A DNA stretch of 63,561 nucleotides, counting the filler, from Reclinomonas americana ATCC 50394 (lineage: Eukaryota), in NCBI GenBank assembly GCA_048213135.1. It is 25 parts of 25 records of this genome, joined end to end, with 100 filler letters (N's around TTAATTAATTAA, not from the genome) between each part and the next. Parts side by side here need not be neighbours in the genome. Positions count along the whole stretch, not along the records: positions 44,349 to 48,606 come from AFZH01024313.1; positions 48,707 to 50,809 come from AFZH01024314.1; positions 50,910 to 53,877 come from AFZH01024315.1; positions 53,978 to 57,641 come from AFZH01024316.1; positions 57,742 to 59,845 come from AFZH01024317.1; positions 59,946 to 62,376 come from AFZH01024318.1; 19 more parts are not named here. The stretch is one strand, 5' to 3'. The notes beneath the pieces were generated by a model. The model saw nothing but the letters and a program-made list of their open reading frames with translations, ran no database searches and was not told the origin of the DNA. Position 1 is the stretch's first letter, and each line of letters starts with the position of its first letter. Below are positions 44,349-60,800 of this stretch, piece by piece. The position numbers and the translations under genes are program-made.

Positions 44349-47300
44349 GTCGCCGTCGGCACAGCGTGATGTGTCGCTGACGGTCAACGTGTGGCACATT
44401 CCGCTGGCCTTTTGCGCATCGGCGCTGCTCTCGCTGGGTTGCTCGATGTTTTCGCACTTTGGCGTGGTGACGGTCAACAATATTCCGCTCAAAAAGTCCA
44501 CCACCGAGACCGTGCGCACGCTGTCGGATCGTGTCACGCTGGTGACGGCTCGCGACGTGGGTGTGCGCGTGCTCCAGTGGAAGAACGCGGAGAAGCAGTC
44601 GACGCCGGAGACATTGTATGTGCCTCTGTCGGCGCGGTCGGTCGGCGTAGTCGAGGAGACTGGTGGTGGTAGTGCACGCAGCGCTCGTGCAGGCACCGGA
44701 GCGGCAGCGGCGGCAGCTGCCGCGGCAGCAGCAGCAGCCTCCGCGTCGTCGCCCTCGCCATCACCTTCGACACCCCTGCCCGGCATCGGCAGCAGCAGCA
44801 GCAGCAATGCAGCTGTGCCCTGTCGCGTGACACCCGTGCGACCGGATGCCGCCGCCACCGGATGCATTGTCAAGTACTGGAACAGTGGCAAGGTGGTGCT
44901 GTTGACGGCCGGTGTCCCCGCCGCCACGTCCTCGGCCACCACGGCCACAGCGGCGGCAGCGGCAGCAGCAGCAGCGGCCGCCGCGGCCGCGCCGGTGTTT
45001 GTTGTGTCGCACGGTATTGTGCAACACGGTGGACGCACACTGCTGCACACCTTCAATACCGCGGACCCGAAGCAGTTTCACCAGGTGGGGAGAGAGGGGG
45101 AAGGGAGAGGGAGGGGGATAGGGGAAGGAGGAAGGATTAAGAGTCGATTCCACTTCTTTCTCTCTCTCTCTCTGTCTGCGTGTCTGCTGACTGTTCTCCT
45201 CCTGCTTGCCGCAGTTGAAATCCATCAAAAAGTCCAGTCCCGCCGTGTTCCCGAACCTCGACGCCACGGGATCGGTGGACGATACCAGTGCGGCGACCGG
45301 CAGTGGCAGTGGTGCTGGTGGCGGTGGCGAGTTGGTGGGTGGCCCGATCCAGACGCAGCATTTTGAGGAACTGGTCAAGCTGTTTGTGTATCGACTCGGG
45401 CGGCGTGGGAATCACACACAGAGGCAACTGGGATCGGTCAGCGGGACCACCACGACGCTGGAGGTTAGAGTGGGAAGAGGAGAGGGAACTGAGATTTTCT
45501 TGGTCTCTCTGTCTCACGTTTCCTGCAGACTGAAAACGGCATCCCCTACAAGTGCCCTGCCACGCTGGAACGATGGACGCGTGCCTTTTCATTCCAACCC
45601 ACTCACGTCAACCATCCCAGCTACTCGCCTGAGTTGTTGTGCCTGACAGGGGTACGCAGTGCGTCAAGACTCTTTGCCTTTTTCGTGCTGCTGCTTATTT
45701 GTCGTGCTGCTGCAGAATGTCACCAACTGCGTCATGGCCAGTCACCTCGACGACGACATGATTCGCGAAGTGACCGAGGTTTGTCAGGCTGCTCGACGAT
45801 GAAGCATCGTGATACTCACCGTCAACGTCAGGCGCTCCATCGCATTCGTGAGGCCGCACGAGAAAACGACCCCAACATGATGCCGCGTCTGGCGCACTCG
45901 GACACAGAGCGATTCCGACAGTACAAGAGGCTGTGGAGGGACATTAAGGACTTGGTGAAGGTGAATTGAGAAGAAAAAGAATTGCATTATGTCTCAGTGT
46001 TATTCACCTTGCACCGTCGCAGGAGCACGCTGACGCCTCTCCTAAACACGCCTCCCTTGTGGCACACATGGATCGGTTGTGGATATGGCACCCGTTCACC
46101 ATGATTGAGCCTGTGAATGGTACGCGCAGCACAACTCTCTCCTTCATTTTCCTCACTGCTCACCTCCTTCGTCCCCACACAGACACCTCCATCAAAAAGG
46201 AGAAGCGCGTGATGGATGTGCAGCGGAATCCCGACGGCACCGCCGTCATGCCGCTCGACATTGGCAAGCACGTGATTGAGAATCTGGGGCGGGTGGTCAC
46301 TGACCGGCCGCACTACCACACCGACAAGTACATTTGTGAGTGAGAGCCAAGCTGCAGTCACCCCACCTCTGCCTTCAGCTCATTGTGTGTTGATGCAGGG
46401 GCTGTTGGATTTAGGAGTACGCGCAAGTACCAAAGCATCAAGGATGTGTCGAGGCGCTGCACCTACACGTCGGAGATTCGTGATGGTGGTGATGTTGCGT
46501 GAGGAGATGAGGGACAGGGAGAGAGAGAAGGGGGAAGGGGGAAAGAGTGGGAGGGAGTGGGTGAGAGTGAGAGAGGAGGAGAGGGAGATGAGTTCCACAG
46601 ATGAGCAGAGTACGCGGCGAGATTTCTGAGAAGTGCGCGTCGTGCTGTTGAATTTGTTGAAACGAGGTACGAATGCAGTGACAGTTTCCACTCTCTCCTT
46701 ACTCTCCTTACTCTCCATTCTCCTCGCCCTTGCCCTGTCTATCCGAAGATGTTGACGCGAGAGAGGGTGATGATAGCTCCCACTCTCTCTCTCTCTCTCC
46801 ATTCTCCTGCCCCTTGCCCTGCCCCATCTGAGGACTGTTAACACGAGAGATGATGTGATGACCTCGCTCTGTCCTTACTCCGTTCTCCTCTACCTTGCCC
46901 TGTTTCATCGGAATATTGTTGACATGAGGGATAATTGCAGTGATCGTTCTCACCTTGCCCTCCTTTCCCTCGCCCCTGTCCCATCTAAAGTTGATGTGAA
47001 TAGTTCCCACTCTTTCTCTCTCGCTCTCTCTCTCTCTCTCCATTCCACCCATTGACCATGTCCGATCCGAAGATTGTTGTTGACACGAGAGTTTATCTCT
47101 CTGTCTTTCCCCTTTCTTTCTCTCTCTCTCTCTCTCTCCCCTTCCTCTCCTCTCCCCTCACCCTTTGGCCCTGTTCCCCTCCAGACACCGCTGTTTGTCG
47201 TCACTTGCGCCGACGAAGAGGACAACCCATTCGAGGGACCCAACGCCACCGGTGAGCACATGCAGTCCTCCCTCATGTTTCTTCACGAAAAAGCATTCTC

Positions 47301-48305
47301 CCTCTCTCACTGTCATTCGCGCAGCACCGTGGATGATGGTTCTGAAGCGAGTCATGGCCCAGAAAACCGAGATTCGCACCAGCATCAGTGGGCCCGATTT
47401 CTATGGCCTGGCGCACCCCACCATCATGATGCTCATGCAGGAGTTGCCGGGAGTGGAGCGACTGGAGAAGTTCCAGTATCAGGATTTCAGCGGAGGTGTT
47501 GCGCCGCCGTCCGAGTTGACCGGGAGAGCAGCGACGGCGGCCAAGAAACGCGGCGTCTCCAACAAGGTACTCGAGGCAGTCGATCCTTCTTCCCCATATG
47601 CATGTTCTCACCGCCCTTCTCTCTATTGCGCACCAGTCGGGCAAACGAGAACGCGGCGACGACGAAGGAATGGACGATGGGGAGGGTGGCGGTGACGAGA
47701 TGGCAGGTGGAGCGGGAGGCAGTGGCGCCGACTCGACGGTGCACTCGCCACAGAACAAGCGCGCCAACACGAACTCTGTCGCGTCACTGTTCCAGCCGAG
47801 CGCGGCCGGAGGTGCCGCACAATCCTCTTCCTCAGCATCTGGGTTGGCCGCCGCCACCTATCGCCAACCGCTGCCACTGTCGTGGCCGACGGCGACGCTG
47901 GCGGCGACGGCCACTCAATCGAGCGGCACATCGTCTTTGTCGGTCAATGCGTCATCGGCCTCCGCTGCCGCTCCTGCAGTGTCATCATCATCATCATCGT
48001 CATTGTCCTCTAACCTACACGCCATGCCGCACTGGCTGCACCGCACGCGCCTGTGCTCGGATGTGTGGGCCAACGAGCAAGGTCAGCACGGCGAAGAACT
48101 GGCCTCCATGATGGCCGTCGCCACGCCCACGCCAGGCGCCAATGGGCACGTCCGTGATGCACGTGTGTCGCTGGCACGCGTGGCTACCATGGCCGGTCGT
48201 CGGCATGCGGCATCGGCGGCGGTGCTCTCGGGGGTGAGCACGGGGGCACGGCTTTATGCGGGTCTCGATCTCGCCACCATCTCCAAGAGACCACAATATG
48301 AATGA
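44349..48305 (+). CDS. INTS13: Integrator subunit 13 (Asunder)-like protein with an inserted FYRN/FYRC domain (5' partial, multi-exon)
   Basis: TVNNIPLK, CRVTPV...CIVKYWNSGKVVLL, SHGIVQHGGRTLLH, LERWTR, QYKRLWRDIKDLVKEH...KH match recalled INTS13 blocks; FYRN IENLGRVVTDRPHYHTDKYIWAVGFRSTR; FYRC ISGPDFYGLAHPTIMMLMQELPGV. Confidence 0.7.
46710..47100. repeat. Degenerate intronic minisatellite, about 80-bp unit, about 5 copies
   Basis: TTGCCCTG...ATC.GA..A.TGTTGAC..GAG recurs near 46731, 46814, 46895, 46970 and 47052. Confidence 0.65.
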
Positions 48306-48424
48306 ATGCGGAAAGAGAGGAGGACGCATGGCATTCATTGATTGCGCGGAGGAGATAATGCCTGCGTTCCCGACGCGGGAAGAGAGAAACAACACACACA
48401 CACTGAGACGGGGGAAACACAAAG

Positions 48425-51246
<2,822 letters not shown>

Positions 51247-52178
51247 TCCTGTGCGCACAACAAAGAGAGAATGTGAGTGTCAGAGGCAAGTTGGAAATGT
51301 CGCACACGCAAGCAAGCGCGGGAGACAGCATGAATGAGTGTGAGTGAGTGGGAGGGAAAGAGAGAGAGGGGAGAGGCACAGCACGCAGGCTATCTGATTG
51401 TATGTGAGAGAGCGTGTGTGCAAAATAGTGAGTCAAAGTCACTTTTGCGGTGACACGTGACACGTGTGCGCGACTCACAAGTGATTGCACACTGGAGTGA
51501 GGAGCGAGTGGCAGAGTATGAGAGTGAGTGAGTGTGTGTGTGTGCGTGTGTGTGAGTGAGAGAGGAGAGAGAGAGTGTGTGCAAAATGAATCAAAGTCAC
51601 TTTTGTGACGACTCAAGAAAGACTGTACAAGAGAGCGAGTGAGTGAGTGAGTGAGTGAGTGAGTGAGTGAGTGAGTGACAGAGTATGAGAGCGAGTGAGT
51701 GTGCGTGTGCGTGTGAGTGAGTGAGAGAGAAGAGGCACAACACGAGAGAGAACAGAGAGACTGAGATGATTGTGAAGGCCAAGAACAAACATGCGCAGGT
51801 TCTCACGATTGAGCACAGCGCACAGTGACAGTGCATTGTGAGGCACTGAGTGCTCTCGGCGTACCAACCTTGTTGTGAATGAGGAGATGAGAAGAAGTGT
51901 CATGCAGGACAACTAACTCTCACTGTCTTAGTCGTCGTCTCTCTCTCATCAAGCAAAGGCAAGCTCTGCTCTACTGAGTCGCACACTCACTGCCAAGCAA
52001 TCACACGGACAGGTGTTACTGTTCTTTTCACAGGCTGCACTGTGTGTGAAGAGCGCTGTGGGGAGATGATCTTCTGTGTGATGGCAGTGATGAACTCTGG
52101 ATGGAGGAGCTGTTGAGACTGAGCGCTGTGTGTGGGTGGCAATTCGTGGTCAGCCCTGCGTGCAAGTGCAAAAGATAG

Positions 52179-52680
52179 ATGACATGGAGATGGAGTGACT
52201 TTTGCCTCAACTGGGCGTGCGCTGGCCACTCATGGCCGACGGAGGATGATAAGCTGGCAAGACTGGGCATGAGTGTTCACCAGTGCAGTGGCGGTACTGC
52301 TTCCAAGTTCAAACGACAAATGACATGGAGATGGAGTGACTTTGGCCTCGTGAGTGTCATCAGTTGCTGAGACTGGGCGTGCGCTGGCCACTCATGGCCG
52401 ACGGAGGATGATAAGCTGACGAGACTGGGCATGAGTGTTCACCTTGTGCGGTGGCGGTGCTGCTTCCAAGTTCAAACGATAGATGACATGGAGATGGAGT
52501 GACTTTGGCCTCGTGAGTGTCATCAGTTGCTGAGACTGGGCGTGCGCTGGCCACTCATGGCCGACGGAGGATGATAAGCTGACGAGACTGGGCATGAGTG
52601 TTCATCTGTGCTGTGGCGGTACTACTTCCAAGTTTACACGCCAGATGGAGTGGCTTGGCCTCATGAGTGTCGAGACTTGG
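52179..52680. repeat. Tandem repeat, about 163-bp unit, about 3.3 copies
   Basis: ATGACATGGAGATGGAGTGAC at 52179, 52320 and 52483; the first unit has a 22-nt deletion. Confidence 0.9.
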
Positions 52681-53977
52681 TCGGAGCTGCATGGGGACGG
52701 GAGAAAGATCAGCTGCCGAGACTGAGCGTGGGTATGCAGAGAGAGCGAGGGGTCCACCTGTGTGGTGGCGAAGCTGCTTCACGGCAGGAGTAGTTTGATG
52801 TAATGCGTGGAGAGCGAGAAGTCGACTTGTGCAATGGCAGTCAGTGTCGCACTGCTGCGCACGGCGTCATGTGGTTCATCGAGAAGACGCGCGCAAGTCG
52901 TTTGGCTCAGCGCGCTCGCTACTGGTGCGTGTGCCGCAGTTCTTGCGTCCCCTCGCAGTGCTCACTATGTGTCGTGACGCTTGCCTGTTGTGGTTCACAG
53001 CTCAACGAGAGAGTTGCCCTGCATCTACATATCAGGGTGTATCCGACTAAGAGACGAGACCGGAGTCCACGAAGTGCATCTCACAGGACGAGTCGGTGGC
53101 ATTGTGTAAACTTGCGAGATGGCAGAGACTGTCACGCATACTATTGTGTCGCTGGCTTGGGTCACCGAGCTGTTGGAGGAGGGCGAGATAGCCACGTGGA
53201 CCTTTCTCGGTTCCCTTCTTGAGGTACGTTCCCCGGTGTCGCTTGTGTCTTTCTTGATGAATCACTAACATCCACACAAAAGGAGGCGTGCTTATCTCGG
53301 CGCAGGTTCCTCACGGACACCTTCTTTGAGCTCTATGAGGAGAAGATTGAGAAGGGTACGCCCGTCTCGGTTTGGTTGTGTGTGGCGGTGGTCATTGCCT
53401 GAATCCATTCTCAGTCGCCAGTGTCGTCCACCACCTGCACGAGGCACGACGTGATGAACAGCGACGTCACGAGTGCTGCCACGATGACGATGAGAGCGAG
53501 AGTGACGACGATCATGAGAGCCAGGGTGACGTTGAGATGACGACGTCCTGGAGTGACGATGAACTGGACGTGGTGCGGCGGTTCGAGATTCGACAGGGGC
53601 AGGAGAGCAGTAAGAGGAGGAGCACGAGGAGGAGGAGGAGGAGGACGAGCGATTCGAGTTCCGTGTGCTCGGCGCCGACTGGAGTCTGAACTTGACCACG
53701 CGTACAAGCATTGGCGCAGGAGGTGGTTTGGGAAAGGGCAGAGAGGTGGGAGGGGGGCCAGAGCGGTCTGGTCGGGAATGAAGTGCTGCGCTGCGGTTCC
53801 TGCTGCCATACGAGGGAACCGAAACTGCTGGGTGGTCTGGAGGGAGCACATGGCAAATCAACAACAACAACAACAACNNNNNNNNNNNNNNNNNNNNNNN
53901 NNNNNNNNNNNNNNNNNNNNNTTAATTAATTAANNNNNNNNNNNNNNNNNNNNNNNNNNNNNNNNNNNNNNNNNNNN

Positions 53978-56900
53978 CTAGTACTTGCACGAACGCGATA
54001 TCGATGGAACAGCAGCTGTTGCCAGCGACACGTCCACCAACCTTGACAGTGCTGGCCGGCGTGGACAGCACCTGCCGGCGACACGTCGAAGAGATTCGAC
54101 TGACCACCAGGCACAATCGACCACGTAAATGTGTCAGCCGTGTTGTCGTCGACCGCGCTGAGGATGCCGACCACTGTGTTGGCGACGGCTGTCGGTGGTG
54201 TGTACGTCAATGAAGACAGCGCAATGGCGGTGGGCGGCACGGGCACTGCGCAATAAGTAGCTAGAGTGAGGGAGTGGGAGTGCAAGGTGGCGACTGCTGG
54301 CAAGACACGACGCAACAGTCGTTGATGACAAAATTGCGGTCGGAGAAGCCGCCCACCGAGTAGTCCGTCGCTCGAATCTGCGGCGCCACAAAAATGTCAG
54401 TCACAGCGAAGGAAAGGGATATCTCTGCACATACACTCTGATCAAATTACCGTGACAGTCAAGGCAGTGCCACGCTGACCTGCCGCCACAAAGGCCAACT
54501 GGGGTGGCATCGTGGCCAGCACGGTGAAGAGGGCGCCGGAGCCGCCAGGTCGCACGGTAAATGACACAGTTTGGCCGGTGTTTACATCCACCGCACTGAG
54601 AATGCCAATGGGCTGCAGGGTGCTGGTGGTTGGTGGAGTGTAGGTGTTGTTGCTGAGGGAGATGGACGTCGGTGGCACGTTGGCTGGCGGAGGAGGCTTG
54701 AGTGTGCCAATCATCGATTCAGGAGACAGGCTGGGTGGTACAGACCTTCGTTGATTGTGAAGGTGGATGTAATGGAAAGACCGCCCGAGTCGGTGGAACG
54801 CACTTGCACCAAAAGGCCATTGCCGGTGAGTCCCGCGGTGGCCACCAACAGGCGATCGTTGCTGATGCTGAAGGCCAGCTGATTGGCACCGCCGATAATC
54901 GAGTACGTAAATGTCTCTCCAGTGTTGCTGTCGGTGGTCGTCAGCTGGCCAACAGTGGCACCCACCACGCCCGGCGGCGTGTACAGTTGTGGTGAGAGTG
55001 CAAGCGCCGTTGGTGACACATTGACTGGCCATGGCCGAGAAGCTTGATGAGAAACAACCATCGACAAGTAGCAGCAGGCGGTGACCAACCTTCGTTGAAT
55101 GTCAGCGTCTGCACCGCGCTCCGGCCAGTGTTGTCCGTCACCTGCACACAACAGTCAGCAAGCACAAAGGCAGCGCACTTGGACACCGACAATCCTGCAA
55201 ACTCACCTGCACAACCACCTGCAGTCCGTTGCCCGTCTGACCCGCAGAGCGGAGAACCAACTGGTTCCCTTGCACATCGAACAAGGCGGCCGAAGTGCCA
55301 CCCACAATGGAGAACGTGAACGTGTCGCTGATGTTGCCGTCCACAGCTGTCAATATGGTGATCGGCGTATTTGCAGAAGGCGTGGGTGCGGAATACGTCG
55401 TCGTCGACACGGTGATACCCGACGGTGAAACCGGGTCTGTGAGGGAAAGACAAAAAACTTAGAAAAGGAGGTGCATTGCCAAGTGACAAAAATGGTACGC
55501 AACCATCGACGACAGTGAATCTGGAAAAGTGGAGGCAGCGTGAGCACACAGACAGATTTGGATGCGACACAGTTGATCAACGTTAACGCAACTGTTTGTC
55601 GATACTGGCTCCGGCGGCACCCGTGGCTCGAACGACCACGGCGAGAGTGCCCCGCTGACCAATGTTGCGCAACACCAGACGGTTGCCACTCACAATGTCG
55701 AATGCAGCTGCATTTGAGCCACCGACGATACTGACGGCGTGCACATCGGCAACTGCAACAGAAGAGAGACGGAAAAGATGAACAATAAGCAATAGAAACA
55801 ATTGTGTGCACCTAAAGAAGCAATTAAAAACCATTGGCATCAGTGGCTGTGAGAGAGCCCACAACCGTATTGGCTGCCAATGTCGGCGGCTGGTACGACG
55901 CAGGCGACAGACCAATGTCCGTCGGAGGGACATTCACTGCACGAGAAACAGCGTGTGAGTGAGTAAATTGGAACACTTGGGAGTTACGATGCTCATCCGA
56001 AGCGTACTACTCACCGTCGGTGATGGTAAACAACTTCAAGAACGTGCCACCAGCGCCGTCGTCAGTCAGGATCTGAATGCTGAACGAGTGCCCAACTTGA
56101 CCCGCGGCACGAATGCGCAACACGTCGGCTGCAATGTCGAACACCGCGAAGTCGCCCACCGGCTGCAGCGTGTAGGTGTGCGACTGCCCGACGTTGCTGT
56201 CCTCAGTAGTCAGCGTGCCGACCACCGTGAATGGCCCGCTGGTGGGAGGCACATATGTCGTGCCACTCAAATGGATGTCGGTGGGCACGGTGTTCTCCTC
56301 CGAGATCAGGAACGATTGCTGTAGGGTGCCGCCGCGACCGTCGCTGACTTGAACCAGCACCTGCAGGTTGTTGCCGGACTGGTTGGTGTTGACAAGACGC
56401 AGCTGGTTGCCGGAGATGTAGAACAGACTGGCATCGGCACCGCCAACAATCGAATAGGTGAATGTTGAGGCGGTGTTCGCATCAACGCCTTGAGGATGCC
56501 AACCACTTGCCCTGGCGTCGGATCCAGTGGCACATATATGTGCTCTCCAGCAGGAGGTTGGAAGGCGGCACATTGGCTGCGTGAATCAACCATCACGACA
56601 TGTCAGCAATGGAAACGATCGAGGAAGCGCATCAACGAGAATGACTCACCCTCATTCAACACAAATGGCTCATCCACAAAGTTGCCGGTGGAGTCTGTCG
56701 ATCGTACGACTACCTGCAGTCCGTCACCGCGTTGCCCGGCGTTCCTGAACACCAGATTGCCATTGACAATACTAAAAAGTGCAGCGTTGGATCCACCAAC
56801 AACCGAGTAAGTGAACGAATCGGTCGCATTCGAGTCGGCGGTCGCCAACGTTGACGCGCCGACCACCGCATTGGCTGAGGCGGTGGGTGGCACGTAGGTA

Positions 56901-57741
56901 CTGGAGGAGAGCGGCACCGACGTGGGTGCCACCGGTACTGCGAGGGAGAGCAGTGTGAGTCTCCCAAGGTTGCGTCACATGTCAGTCAATCATCGGCATA
57001 CCATCGTTGACAGTGAACGGCACATCGAGTGAGGCACTGGCCGCGTCGGTGGCTCGCACAATCACGGACAGATTGGTTCCCGTCTGACCAGCATTGCGCA
57101 AGCACAGCTGATTTCCAATGATGCTGAACAGCGCCTGGTTAGCACCGCCAACAATGGAGAACGTCGCGGTACCGGTGTCCCAGGCATTTGAGGTCGGTGG
57201 CGCTCAACGTGCCCACTGGCTGATTCGCAGCCAAGGTGGCGGGCGTGTATGTGTTCGACGAGAGAGAGATGCCGGACGGAGCAACATTGACTGCGAACGA
57301 GCAATGAAGGTTCTGTCTGTGTCAGTATCGCGTCACTCTTCGTGCGCGGGACACGAATTCGAACAACTCCAACGCACCATCACCGAGAGACAGCGTCGTA
57401 TCCACTGTTCCACCACGGCCATCATCTGTTCGCACAATCACCTGCAGGTTGCGTCCACTCAAGTTTGGCACAGCGGTGCGGACCTGCGATCCAACAACAG
57501 CGAACAAGGCTGCATCAGCGCCACCGACTCTGTCGGTAGGCACGACCGAGTGAGTGATGTGAACTTGCACCGAAGAAATGTCGTCGAGCACAATGTCGCA
57601 ACATGGAATAGGTGAATACGTCGCAGCAGTTTACGTCCACTNNNNNNNNNNNNNNNNNNNNNNNNNNNNNNNNNNNNNNNNNNNNTTAATTAATTAANNN
57701 NNNNNNNNNNNNNNNNNNNNNNNNNNNNNNNNNNNNNNNNN

Positions 57742-57818
<77 letters not shown>

Positions 57819-60800
57819 GAGGTAAGACACACATGATGTTCTTCTTCTCTCTTGAATGTCTCTGACCTTCGGTAATGACAAATGACTGCGTGGTGGAGAG
57901 GCCAGTTGCGTCGGTCACTCGCACAGTGACTGGCACATTGGTACCGGTTGAGCCAGCCGAGAGCCACACCAACTGATTGCCTCCGACAACACCAAAGATG
58001 CCGCCGCCAGTCACCACGCTGAATGTGAATGCCGTATCGAGCACATTGGGGTCGATGGCGGACAAGGTGCCAATTACTTGATTTGGCACCACCGTCGGCG
58101 GCACATACGAGGTCGAGCTCAACAGCACGCCCGTCGGTGGCACGGGTACATCCGTGATGACAAACACTTGGTCGACGGAGGCTGACGCTGAATCCGTAGC
58201 TCGCACCGTGACGGAGAGATTGGTGCCAGTGAGTCCCGCCGACGTAATTCGCAGTTGGTCGCCACTAATGTTGAAGAGGGAACCGGAGCCACCCGCCAGG
58301 ATCGTGTACGTCACCGTCTGACAGCAGTTGGCGTCGACAGCGGACAGTGTGCCAACCACGGTGTTGGCAGCTGCCGAAGGTGGTGTGTATGTCGACGGCG
58401 ACAACGAAATGCTCGACGGTGCCACGTTGACTGCAACAACAACGTGAGCAACAGGTACACAAGGATGGCGGGGAGCAGCACATCGCACCTTCGTTGAGGA
58501 AGAAAGTGGTGTCTTGTGAGCCGCCGTTGCCGTCACTCACGCGAACAGTGATGACGAGGTTCTGCAACGTTCCACGTGAGCAAGAATCACACGCTCTCTT
58601 ACAGCCGCGTGAATACATACCATGCCGCTCAGCACCAGAGTCTGCACGCGCAGCTCGTTACCAGCAACACCACCAATCTGCACATAGCACACAATCAGAG
58701 TCGCGCGACACCAACACAGCGAATGACAGGCAGAGCGCAACGTAGAATTTGGAGTCGTCGTCGTTGCCGATGAGAATGTACGACAGACTCTGACAGCAGT
58801 TAGCGTCGGTGGCCGACAACACTCCAATCAAAGCATTCTGCAAACTACGTGGAGCGTAGAACGTTGTCGACAGCGCCAGGTTTGCTGGTGGCACGTTGGC
58901 TGCAGAACAAATACAATCAGTGGACAGTAGACGCGTAGAATCACGTGCAATAAACGGTACCTTCGTTGATGCTGTACGCGGAGAGAGAGAGACACGGAGA
59001 CGCACGTTGAGAAACAATAGTTAGATGCAAGAATCAAAATGAGAACCAGCAATCTCCGCGACAGCACACGCACGTAAATGTTGTCTGCAGAGTTCCACCA
59101 CGACCATCGGATACTTCAATGCGGATACGCAGGTTGTTGCCAGTCTGCCCGGCCAGTGCCAGCGATAGCGTCGATCCGCTAGCGCTGAGCACAAACAGCG
59201 ACTCGTTGAAGCCGGCGACAACCGTGTACGTGTATGAGCCCAGCGTGTTGGCGTCGACGGTGGTGAGCGAGCCCACCACCACTCCATGGCCAGCGGTGAG
59301 AGTTGGCGGCACATATGTGTTGGAGCTCAGCACCAATGCCGATGGCGGCACGTTCACTGTGCGTACGGACGAGTGAGATGACATACAACAGGCATGATCG
59401 ACAGAGATGTGGGACCTTCAGTGATGGTGAACAGCTTGCGGACCCAGGCACCGGCCGCGTCGGTCGACTGCACTTCGACCTGCAGTGGATCGCCACGAGA
59501 GTTTGCGGCGCTCAGTCGTAGTTGCGTGCCATTGATGTTGAACATGGCAGAGTGCGGGCCGCCAGAGATTGCTGCATTGACATTGACAAGATCACGATCA
59601 TGTCAGTCTCAATCAGAGATGGCAATTGCAATCCATGCACGACGCAACAGTACGTGAATGTGTCGACGTCGCCCGTGTTGGCATCCAACGAGGTGAAGAA
59701 GAACACCACCACATCCGCGCTCGAGGTCGGCGGAGTGTACGTTGTGCCCCACAAAATAATGTCGCTTGCAATTGGTGCCACATTGACTGCGGTCGACAAG
59801 TCACCCATCAGTCACTAAGGCATACTTTGCAGTGTACGAGCTCGANNNNNNNNNNNNNNNNNNNNNNNNNNNNNNNNNNNNNNNNNNNNTTAATTAATTA
59901 ANNNNNNNNNNNNNNNNNNNNNNNNNNNNNNNNNNNNNNNNNNNNAGTTGCAATCGTGAGTGCAAACGCACGTGGTCGAGAGCGTGGCAACGATGGTGCC
60001 AACGGGTGCAGGCACTGGCGAGTACGTGGTGGTGGATAGTGCCAGTGCGGATGGAGGCACATTGGCTATCGAGAGACTCGATGAGCGACACAGACACAAG
60101 AAGGCAGAGAAGCACATGCACGCACCTTTGTTGACGACAAACGTCTTGTCAAAGTGCGCGCCGGACGGATCACTGACTCGGACGGTGACTTGCAGATTGT
60201 TGCCCTGCTGGCCTGCGTTGCGGAGTACCAACTGCGAGCCGACAATGTCGAAGAGAGCACTATTCGCACCACCGACGATCGACAGTGACAGTGCGTCGTT
60301 CGCATTGCCGTCGACTCCAGTGAGTGTGCCCACCACTGTATTGGCAGCAGGTGTGGGCGGTGCGTAGGTCAAGGAGGATAAAAGAACGTCGGTTGGGGCC
60401 ACGGGTACGTATACTGCAAGCGACCGAGAGAGTGAGCATCGATACTTTCGATACTTTCGTCAAACACCAAACATCGTCACTCACCGTCGTTGATGGTAAA
60501 GAACTTGGCCAGCGTTTGTCCACTGGCATTGGTTGACAGCACCTGCACTTGCAGACCGGTACCTCGCTGTCCCGCAGCTCGGATTACCAGTTGATCCCCA
60601 ATGACCGAGAAGACAGCAGCATCGGTCCCGCCCACCACGGCGTAGGTGTAGGGTGAAGAGGCAGATGTGTCGGTTGTGGAGAGCGTGCCAACCACCGTAT
60701 TCGCGGTCGAGGTCGGTGGCGTGTAGGTGGTCGAGGAGAGAGCCATGTCCACCGGGCCAACTGCGCCACCGATATGTCAGAAACCAGCAAAGAAAAAGCT

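Noticed and set aside
52179..52680. CRISPR-like array
   Set aside because: The whole unit repeats with no unique spacers, there are no cas genes, and the context is eukaryotic.
53978..57641. Frameshifts in cadherin repeats as pseudogenisation or programmed frameshifting
   Set aside because: Scattered indels, denser near contig ends, fit low-coverage errors; this cannot be resolved without reads.
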